DNA of 57,880 nt, from positions 15,723,886 through 15,781,765 of the forward strand of contig NC_057720.1 of NCBI RefSeq assembly GCF_004010195.1, read 5' to 3'. The position numbers and the translations under genes were made by a program. The DNA comes from Chiloscyllium plagiosum. Its lineage: Eukaryota. Below the pieces are notes generated by a model. It did not search any database, had not been told where the DNA came from, and saw nothing but the letters and a program-made list of their open reading frames with translations. This document shows, piece after piece, positions 48,458 to 57,880 of this stretch; position 1 is the stretch's first letter, and each line of letters opens with the position of its first letter.

Positions 48458-50757
48458 GGAGTGGCACGGTAGCTCAGTGGTTAGCACTGCTACCTCACAA
48501 TGTTAGGGAGCCAAGTTTGGTTCCAGCCTTGGGCCACTCTCTGTGTGGAGATTGCACATTGTCCCACACCTGTGTGGCTTTCCCCTGGGTGCTCCTGTTT
48601 CCTAAGAACTAGGAGTAGGCCATTTGAGCCTGGTTCACAATTCGGGATGATTACAGCTGATCTTCTCGTGGACTCGGATCCACTTACCTGCCCTCTCACT
48701 GTAACCCTTTATTGTCAAAACAATATCTATCTTAGCTTGAAAAGCTTTTACTGAAGTAGTGACAACCACTTCACAGGGTATGGAATTCCATAGACTAACA
48801 ACCCCCTGGGTGAAGAAGTTCCTTCTCGATTCAGTCGTAAATCTTGTCCCCCTGACCTTGTGGCTATGCCGTCTTGTCCTAGTTTTACCCACCAGTAGAA
48901 ACATTCTCTCTACTTCTATCTCATCTATTCCCTTCATAATTTTATATCTTCCCATAAGATCTCCCCTCATTCTTCTAAATTCCAATGAATATAATCCCAG
49001 TCTACTCAGCCTCTCCTCATAAGCCAACCCCCTCAACTCCAGAATCAACTCAGTGACCCTCCTCTGCAGCCCCCCAGTGCCAGCACATCCTTTCTCAAAT
49101 AAGGAGACCAAAACTGCGTGCAGTAGTCCAGGTGTGGCCTCACCAGTATCTTGTACAGCTGCAACATAACGTCTCTGCTTTTAAACTCCATCCCTTTAGC
49201 AACGAAGGACAAAATTCCATTTGCCTTCCCAATTACTTGTTGCACCTGCAGACCAACCTTCTGTGATTCATGCACAAGGACACCCAGGTCCCTCTGCATA
49301 GCAGCATGGTGCAAAGTTTTACCATTCAAGTAATAATCCTTTTTACTATTATCTTTTTACTATAACCATCCATCTAAATGGATGGTTTCACGTGTGCTAA
49401 CATTGCATTCCATCTGCCAAACCCTTGCCCACTCACTCTATGCATCTTTGTTGCTGTGCAAAGTTTCACAGTCTTCTGCACACTTTGCTTTGCCACTCAT
49501 CTTAGTGTCATCTGCAAATTTTGGCACACTATGCGTGGTCCCCAACTCCAAATCATCTATATAAATTGTGAATAATTGCTGTCCCAACACTGATCCCTGA
49601 GGCACACCACTAGTCACTGATTGCCAGCCAGAATAGTATTCATTTATGGGGTAAAAACAATGACTGCAGATGCTGGAAACCAGATTCTGGATTAGTGGTG
49701 CTGGAAGAGCACAGCAGTTCAGGCAGCATCCAAGGAGCAGCAAAATCAACATTTTGGGCAAAAGCTCTTCATCAGAATCAGAAACGTCGATTTCGCTGCT
49801 CCTTGGATGCTGCCTGAACTGCTGTGCTCTTCCAGCACCACTAATCCAGAATCTCGTATTCATTTATCCCCATTCTTTGCGTTCTGTTAGTCAACCAATC
49901 CTCTATCCATGCTAATACTCTACCCCTAACACCGTGCATCCTTATCTTATGCAGCAGCCTCTTGTGCAGCACCTTGTTGAAGACCATTTGGAAATCTAGG
50001 TACACCACATCGACTGGGTCCCCATTGTCCACCTTTCTCGTAATGTCTTCTCAGAATTCCAAAAGATTGGTTAAGCATGACCTGCCCTTGTTGACCCATG
50101 CTGCATCTGTCCAACAGGACAATTTCCTCAGATGTATTGGACTTAAGACATAATTTTTAACCGTTTCACCACATTCCACTGCTTGGAATTTTACACCACA
50201 ATGACCTGCCCTTGTTGACCCATGCTGCATCTGTCCAACAGGACAATTTCCTCAGATGTATTGGACTTAACACTGGAATAAATAAGTTTGAATGTTTTTT
50301 AATCCATTAAGCGCAATGATGTAAGTAGCCACTCAGAGATGTAAATAAATAATTAGGCAAGCAAAATATGGATCACCTTTTACACTAATGGGAAATTAAT
50401 GATAAATGCCAGTTCAGGCCAAATGGAAACTAAACTAGAACCACAAAGACACATTAGATGCCCTGCTATTTCTTCCTTGATAATAGACTTAAGCATCTTC
50501 CATACTACAGAAGTTAAGCTAGCCGGTTTATAATTCGCCATCTTTTCCTCCCACAGTTTAAAGATGTGTGGGTTAGGTGAATTGGCCATGCTAAATTGAT
50601 CATTGGGTCCAGGGATGTGTTGGTTAGGTGCATTTGAGTAATGTGCAGGTTAGGTGTATTAGAGATGTGGAGTAAGAGGGTTGGGGAATGGATCTGGGTA
50701 GGATATTGAAGGTGGAAGGTGGTTATGGACTTGTTTCCACTGTAGGGACTCTATGAC
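48458..50757. mobile_element. HE1-type SINE (+; 48458-48603 and 50543-50757) split by a ~1.9-kb minus-strand CR1
   Basis: The SINE halves rejoin at tttcct. CR1 motifs [19 protein letters not shown] and RPHLDYCTQFWSP. Confidence 0.85.
49648..49855. mobile_element. Penelope pLTR (family A variant) fold-back insertion
   Basis: Inverted arms centred at ~49780. 12-bp TSD gtattcatttat at 49636-49647 and 49856-49867. Confidence 0.85.
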
Positions 50758-51003
50758 AAAGAGGATAGGAATGCCAGAATGGCTTCAGTTTGGAAGGCTA
50801 ATGCAAACTGTGGTACTTCGGTGGAAATCACCTGTTCTGGCTATAGACAGCTACAGTATATTGAAACTGTTCCATAAAATATGAAAACATTTCTGAGTGG
50901 GGATCGATATTCAATTAATTCCTGACCCTTTTTTTTAACCATTATAATTAATTTATTCTTTTGGCTACACGTGGTTCTTCTATTTGCATCTCTGTGGGTT
51001 TAG

Positions 51004-51127
51004 AAAACGCAGGGATTTTGAGCTGGATAACAGTTCATATCAAAATGTCATGCATATGTAATGACTGTTCAACGTAACTGTCTGAAAAACAGGAGCATTT
51101 TAGTGATGTTCACACAGTGCAAATAAA
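51004..51127 (+). other. Candidate terminal exon with a polyA signal
   Basis: Acceptor ttcttctatttgcatctctgtgggtttag|51004. One frame reads xNAGILSWITVHIKMSCICNDCST* (stop 51075-51077) and another reads KRRDFELDNSSYQNVMHM*. AATAAA at 51122-51127. Confidence 0.3.
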
Positions 51128-51252
51128 AACCTGGAAACTACAGGACTGCAGACAGAGAATAATAATTTGGGAACATTGGGATGACAAACTGCAGCCTGTA
51201 TTTAGTGGTGATCTCAGGGAATACTAAAGAATTCATCAAGCACAGTGTTCTT

Positions 51253-51752
51253 NNNNNNNNNNNNNNNNNNNNNNNNNNNNNNNNNNNNNNNNNNNNNNNN
51301 NNNNNNNNNNNNNNNNNNNNNNNNNNNNNNNNNNNNNNNNNNNNNNNNNNNNNNNNNNNNNNNNNNNNNNNNNNNNNNNNNNNNNNNNNNNNNNNNNNNN
51401 NNNNNNNNNNNNNNNNNNNNNNNNNNNNNNNNNNNNNNNNNNNNNNNNNNNNNNNNNNNNNNNNNNNNNNNNNNNNNNNNNNNNNNNNNNNNNNNNNNNN
51501 NNNNNNNNNNNNNNNNNNNNNNNNNNNNNNNNNNNNNNNNNNNNNNNNNNNNNNNNNNNNNNNNNNNNNNNNNNNNNNNNNNNNNNNNNNNNNNNNNNNN
51601 NNNNNNNNNNNNNNNNNNNNNNNNNNNNNNNNNNNNNNNNNNNNNNNNNNNNNNNNNNNNNNNNNNNNNNNNNNNNNNNNNNNNNNNNNNNNNNNNNNNN
51701 NNNNNNNNNNNNNNNNNNNNNNNNNNNNNNNNNNNNNNNNNNNNNNNNNNNN
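51253..51752. other. Assembly gap
   Basis: Run of N. Confidence 1.
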
Positions 51753-51814
51753 TAAAATGGTGCATAAAATGCCTCCTTAAATTTTAACTCAATGTCCCTA
51801 TTTATCAAATTAAA

Positions 51815-52320
51815 ACCAAAATAACTGCAGATGATGTAGATCAGAAATGACAACAGAAATTGCTGGAAAAGCTCAGCAGGTCTGGTAGCATCTGTGGAGA
51901 GAAACCAGAGTTAAGGTTTTGGGTTTAGATTAGATTCCCTACAGTATGAAAACAGGCCCTTCAGCCCAACAAGCCCACACTGACCCTCCTAAGAGTAATC
52001 CACCCCCAGACCCACTCCTCTCCATATACCCCTGACTAACGCATCTAACACTACGGGCAATTTAGCATGGCCAATTCACCTGAGGATATTGTGTAAAGGA
52101 CACCTTTGGATTGTGGGAGGAAACCAGAGCACCTGGAGGAAACCCGCACAGGCATGGGGAGAACATGCAAACTCCACACAGACAGTTGCCCAAGATTCAA
52201 GGTTGGAATTGAACCTGGATCCCTGGCCGTGTGAGGCAGCAGTGCTAACCACTGAGTCACCATGCCACACCATTGAGTGACCCTTCCCCAGAACTGAGAT
52301 TTCCAGCAATTTCTCTTTTT
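51815..52320 (-). mobile_element. Penelope pLTR (family C) split by an HE1-type SINE (51925-52270)
   Basis: cagagttaaggttttggg|SINE|gagtgacccttccccagaact. Confidence 0.75.
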
Positions 52321-53875
52321 TTTCCCTAATTATTAAGCCCAGGATCCCTTAATCCCCTTCTCAAACTGCCCTCCGTCTTTATTTCCCTGAACAGGATTCA
52401 GCAATCTTTGGATGAAAATGCTATCATGTTCAAATATCCCTCCTGTCCTGTAATAGTAATGTGACCTATACCGTGAGTTACGCATTTTGCAGACAGCCAT
52501 CATAGAGGGACTTCAATAAGGGCTCCATTCTAACTGTTGTCTGTTCAGTGCAGAAGATGGTATTTTAAGTGAAGCTGAGACTGAGTGCTGAAGAGCTGTA
52601 AAACAAAACACAGCTACTGACAGGAAGCCACAGGAATGCTCAGAGTTGTGAATACTGCTGTAAGCAACTTAGAAATAACAAAGACATACTCCAACAGCTG
52701 AAACATCGGGCAAGAGGAAATGGCTGCAGTTTTTCTACTTTCAGCTCTGATCAAAATGAAAGGTAATGGGAAGCAAAACTGGTAGCTTCCCCCATGCAAG
52801 CACAAAGTTATGGAATAGCTACAGATCTGCTTAAAAGCCACAGCAGGTACATACTGCTACTTTCTTATCGCTGCTGGGAAGAGCCCGTTTCAAAGTGCAT
52901 TCTACCTTAGATCTATGTAAAGAAAGAAAAATGGACTGCATAAAATTTGAAAAGGCATGCTCTGAACTTTGGTCACAGTTCGGATGCAAGGTGAAAAAGG
53001 CTCCGTTGACAATTGTGTGACCTACTTCACTCAGCTGACAGAAACGAGCCATTTTTTTTACAGCTAAAAGATTATTTAGTTAAAGACAGGATTGCATTAG
53101 GCTTAAGGAATCCTGCAGTGAGAGCACGTCTACTGACAGAAGAGAAACATAGTCTTGGGGCAGCAATGGGGACACAGGCAGAAATGCTGAGGTTGTAAAT
53201 CAGCAGCTGGAGCATATTCATTACAGAACAGACCAGGTCAGTTAGAGAGAGATAGATATTCCAAAGGTAGGATAGTCATGGATAAAATGTAGGATGCAAA
53301 TACAATGGAGGATATTGTGTAAAGGACAAGATGGCATGCCCTCTATGGGGAAATCAGTGGTCTCACTGTAAATAGAAGAGTCTATTTTTACACAAATATA
53401 TGTCTGGCAGGTAGCAAGTACAGATGGCCACTGGAGAGGCAGGAGCTGAAGATTCTAATGTATCATTCTACATTTTCGAATAGGTTGGTTCAGTCAAGTC
53501 AATAGACAAGACATGGTTGGAATGAGGACTGCAGAGGTTCACTATCAGGTCAATGTAAGGTCTCAGATTGATAATAGTGAACAATGCAGCATCAGAGTCA
53601 TGCAAAATGACTCAACATGGTGATCCAAAAATGAAGCCATTGATAGTAAGGCTGAGGCTGGGTGATGGCACCATAACCTTTGCCAGGCCCAATGCAACAT
53701 TTTGGATGAGGATCTGAAGGTCCAGATCACGGACGGAAAGCAAATGTCACTCACCTCAGCTGGAACAAGGCTGAAGCCTGGACTCAGAACCCTCAATGTG
53801 CCAAACACAGACTTACAGTGTGAGGCAGTACACTCAATCATTGATGAGGGAATACATCCTGGAGGAGTGTAACAA

Positions 53876-54066
53876 TGGACTGGGGTGTACAAAGTTAAAA
53901 CTCACACAACACCAGGTTATGGTCCAACAGGTTTAATTGGAAGCATTAGCTTTCGGAGTGCTGCTCCTTCATCAGATGGTTTACCAACCGCCTGATGAAG
54001 GAGCGGTGCTCCGAAAGCTAGTACTTCCAATTAAACCTGTTGGACTATAACCTGTGTGATTTTTAA
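53876..54066. mobile_element. Penelope pLTR (family B) fold-back with two intact hammerhead cores; part of an inverted duplication
   Basis: Minus-strand core at ~53944-53978 and plus-strand core at 53992-54020 (CUGAUGA-A-GGAGC(GGU)GCUCC-GAAAG-CUA). Confidence 0.85.
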
Positions 54067-54677
54067 CATCAGTTCGGAAGAAGAGAAATCTCTTATTCAC
54101 TTGGGGGATGCGGGTATTCCAATCTGGGCCAGCATTTATTACCCACTCCGACCTGCCCTGGAGAAGCTGAAAGGAGCCTGCCTTCTTGACCCGCTGCAGT
54201 CGGTTAGCCTATGTAGTCGACCCTGACCATCTTTAATGGTAACTTTCTCTTGGTCAGCTTCAGCTTCACCCAGTGAGCTCTGTCTAGAAGCTGCACTATA
54301 TTTTGATCATGTCAACATCTTCCATGGTGTTTCTGTATCTGTAAACCAGAAGATCATTCCAGCTGCCCTCTGGCTGACCTGAAAGATGAGGCAAAAGAGC
54401 TGGAACGGAAGGGAGTCATCAAGAAAGTGACACCACCTGGAGAATGGAGAGCAACAAGGCGGCAGGGAAACAGCCTGGAAACAAATATTGACCCAAGGGT
54501 TCTAAATAAAGCCCTGAAGAGATCTCATTAACCCCTGCCAACCTGCAAAGGATTTTTGCCACAACTGGCAAATGCAAAAATCTTCGTTACTACAGATGTG
54601 AAGGATTGTTACTGGCAAGTGAAGATGGATGAAAGCAAGATATTTCTAATTGCATGCAGGGCACCCTTTGAGAGTTC

Positions 54678-54950
54678 AAAGAATCATAGAATCCCTACAG
54701 GGCAGAAAGAGGCCAATTCAGCCCATCAAGTCTACAATGACCCTCCGAAGAGCATCCCACCCAGACATACTCCCATACCCTACTCCTGTAACCTTGTGTT
54801 TATCATGACAAGCAGAGCACCCACTGGAAACCCACACAGACACAGGGAAAATGTGCAAACTCTGCGCAGACAGCCACCCAAGGATGGACTCAAACCTAGA
54901 TCCCTGGCGCTGTGAGGCAGCCATGCTAACCACTGTGCCACCATGCTGCC
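54678..54950 (-). mobile_element. HE1-type SINE
   Basis: Reverse-strand ggcagcatggtggcacagtggttagc. Confidence 0.8.
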
Positions 54951-55331
54951 AATGGCTGTATTTGATGCTTGGCATATCTATGGATTCAACACAGGCAACA
55001 TGAGGTAGTTTGTGAGCCTCCCAGAATGAGAGCTATGGTGGATGATCTTCTGGTTTACAGATACAGAAACACCATGGAAGATGTTGACCATGATCAAAAT
55101 ATAGTGCAGCTTCTAGACAGAGCTCACTGGGTGAAGCTGAAGCTGACCAAGAGAAAGTTACCATTAAAGATGGTCAGGGCCGACTACATAGGCTAACCGA
55201 CTGCAGTGGGTCAAGAAGGCAGGCTCCTTTCAGCTTCTCCAGGGCAGGTCGGAGTGGGTAATAAATGCTGGCCCAGATTGGAATACCCGCATCCCCCAAG
55301 TGAGTAAAAGATTTCTCTTCTTCTGAACTGA

Positions 55332-55481
55332 TGTTAAAAATCACAGAGGTTGATAAACCATCTGATGAAGGAGCGTCGCTCCGAAAGCTAATGCTTCCAA
55401 TTAAACCTGTTGGACTATAACCTGGTGTTGTGTGAGTTTTAACTTTGTACACCCCAGTCCAACACCGGCATCTCCAAATCC
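55332..55481 (+). mobile_element. Penelope pLTR (family B) with one hairpin arm largely deleted
   Basis: TSD gaactga at 55325-55331 and 55482-55488. Confidence 0.8.
55359..55393 (+). ncRNA. Minimal hammerhead ribozyme motif (family B), fully paired
   Basis: CAU-CUGAUGA-A-GGAGC(GUC)GCUCC-GAAAG-CUA-AUG. Confidence 0.78.
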
Positions 55482-55719
55482 GAACTGAAAGATATTGAAA
55501 AATGATGTTGACAGAGGTGAAGGAGGACTGGGGGAATAGACAGTCTACAGGCCAGGTATGAAATACAAAGGGGTAGTCAATGGTGGTGAAAGAGAAAAAG
55601 GGATGTGAAATGGGTGCAAAATAAGGTGCCAAAGGTAGAGATTAGGTCCTCCCTAATGAGAAGCGAGTAAACGAGATCTAAACAAGATAAGGCTGTGGGC
55701 TGGAAAATGCAAGAGAAAC

Positions 55720-57880
55720 AGAGTCATAGAGATGTACAGCATGGAAACAGACCCTTCGGTCCAACCCGTCCATGCCGACCAGATATCCCAACCCAATCTA
55801 GTCCCACCTGCCAGCACCCGGCCCATATCCCTCAAACCCTTCCTATTCATATACCCATCCAAATGCCTCTTAAATGCTGCAATTGTACCAACCTCCACCA
55901 CTTCCTCTGGCAGCTCATTCCATACACGTATCACCCTCTGCGTGAAAGAGTTGCCCCTTAGGTCTCTTTTATATCTTTCCCCTCTCACCCTAAACCTATG
56001 CCCTCTAGTTCTGGACTCCCCGACCNNNNNNNNNNNNNNNNNNNNNNNNNNNNNNNNNNNNNNNNNNNNNNNNNNNNNNNNNNNNNNNNNNNNNNNNTCC
56101 ACTTTCAAGGAGCTATGAACCTGCACTCCAAGGTCTCTTTGTTCAGCAAAACTCCCTAGGACCTGACCATTAAGTGTATAAGTCCTGCTAAGATTTGCTT
56201 TCCCAAAATGCTTTTATCTGAATTAAACTCCATCTGCCACTTCTCAGCCCATTGGCCCATCTGGTCAAGATCCTGTTGTAATCTGAGGTAACCCTCTTCG
56301 CTGTCCACTACACCTCCAATTTTGATGTCATCTACAGACTTACTAACTGTATCTCTTATGCTCGTATCCAAATCATTTATGTAAACGGCAAAAGTAGAGG
56401 ACCCAGCACCGATCCTTGTGGCACTCCACTGGTCACAGGCCTCCAGTCTGAAAAACAACCCTCCACCACCACCCTCTGTCTTCTACCTTTGAGCCAGTTC
56501 TATATCCAAATGGCTAGTTCTTCCTGTATTCTGTGAGATCTAACCTTGTTAATCAGTCTCCCATGGGGAACCTTGTCGAACGCCATACTGAAGTCCACAT
56601 AGATCACATCTACCGCTCTGCCCTTATTAATCCTCTTTGCTACTTCTTCAAAAAACTCAATCAAGTTTGTGAGACATGATTTCCCACGCACAAAGCCATG
56701 TGACTCTCCCTAATCAATCCTTGCCTTTCCAAATACATGTACATCCTGTCCCTCAGGATTCCCTCCAAGTACTTGCCCACCACCGAGGTCAGGCTCACTG
56801 GTCTATAGTTCCCTGGCTTGTCCTTTCCGTCCTTCTTAAACAGTGGCACCACGTTTGCCAACCTCCAGTCTTCCGGCACCTCACCTGTGACTATTGATGA
56901 TACAAATATCTCAGCAAGACGCCCAGCAATCAATTCTCTGGCTTCCCACAGAGTTCTCGGGTACACCTGATCAGGTCCTGGGGATTTATCCACCTTTACC
57001 CGTTTCAAGGCACTTCCTCCTCTGTAGTCTGGACATTTTGCAAGATGTCACCATCTATTTCCCTACAGTCTATATCTTCCATATCCTTTTCCACAGTAAA
57101 TACTGATGCAAAATATCCATTTAGTATCCCCCCCCATTTTTTGCGGCTCCACACAAAGGACGCCTTGCTGATCTTTGAGGGGCCCGATTCTCTCCTTAGT
57201 TACCCTTTTGTCCTTAATGTATTTGTAAAAATCCCTTGGATTCTCCCTAATTCTATTTGCCAAAAGTATCTCATGTCCCCTTTTTGCCCTCCTGATTTCC
57301 CTCTTAAGTATACTCCTACTTCCTTTATACTTTTCTAAGGATTCACTCAATCTGTCCTGTCGATACCTTACATATGTTTCCTTCTTTTTCTTAACCAAAC
57401 CCTCAATTTCTTTCGTCATCCAGCATTCCCTATACCTACCAACCTTTCTTTTCACCCTGACAGGAATATACCTTTTCTGGATTCTCGTTATCTCATTTCT
57501 GAAGGCTTCTTATTTTCCATCGTCCCTTTACCTGCGAACATCAGCTTTTGAAAGTTCTTGCCTAATACCACCAAAATTGGCCTTTCTCCAATTTAGAACT
57601 TCAGCTTTTAGATCTGGTCTGTGCTTTTCCATCACTATGTTAAAACTAATAGAATTATGGGCGCTGGCCCCAAAGTACTCCCCCACTGACACCTCAGTCA
57701 CCTGCCCTGCCTTATTTCCCAAGAGTAGGTCAAGTTTTGCACCTTCTCTAGTAGGTACATCCACATACTGAATCAGAAAATTGTCTTGTACACACTTAAC
57801 AAATTCCTCTCCATCTAAACCTTTAACACTATGGCAGTCCCAGTCGATGTTTGGAAAGTTAAAATCCCCTAACATAACTA
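55720..57880 (-). mobile_element. CR1 LINE ORF2 (APE end, RT, 3' end) running off the window; gap at 56026-56097
   Basis: LGDFNFPNIDW, DKSPGPDQVYPR, PGNYRPVSLTSVVGK and GKSCLTNLIEFFEEV. Confidence 0.93.

Larger units (their letters stand above)
52700..55520 (+). mobile_element. Decayed Ty3/Gypsy internal region (gag, RT) with nested insertions
   Basis: LKDYLVKDRIALGLRNPAVRARLLTE (gag); IDPRVLNKALKRSH, LPQLANAKIFVTTDVKDCYWQVKMDE and AMVDDLLVY (RT). Confidence 0.8.

Noticed and set aside
51181..51853. Long ORFs in the track (also 35317-36288)
   Set aside because: Artefacts of translating N runs.
1..57880. CRISPR arrays, operons or prokaryotic defence systems
   Set aside because: The DNA is vertebrate, with no regularly spaced repeat-spacer structure or dense gene organisation.

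Overview
Eukaryotic, repeat-dominated intronic or intergenic DNA. It is most likely from a shark or other cartilaginous fish, inferred from HE1-type tRNA SINEs, their partner CR1 (HER1-type) LINEs and a Deu-domain SINE. No complete protein-coding gene can be identified. Nearly all ORFs in the track are fragments or antisense shadows of retroelements: CR1, Rex1/Babar-like, L1/Tx1-like, decayed Gypsy LTR elements and Penelope-like elements (PLEs). There are four N gaps. The best-supported non-trivial signal is that three distinct PLE terminal-repeat families each carry a minimal type-I hammerhead ribozyme with an extra A and a 4-nt palindrome in place of helix III. Many of these termini are inserted as ~200-bp TSD-flanked fold-back hairpins centred near the ribozyme. 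Other observations are a twin-priming-type inverted CR1, an inverted duplication that includes a PLE hairpin, and a 122-bp duplication around a 33-nt PLE scrap. More speculatively, there are scattered + strand exon candidates (a signal-peptide-like exon and a cystine-knot-like terminal exon) that could belong to an unannotated small secreted-protein gene. Family assignments come from my recognition of motifs, not from database searches, and boundaries of degenerate repeats are approximate.
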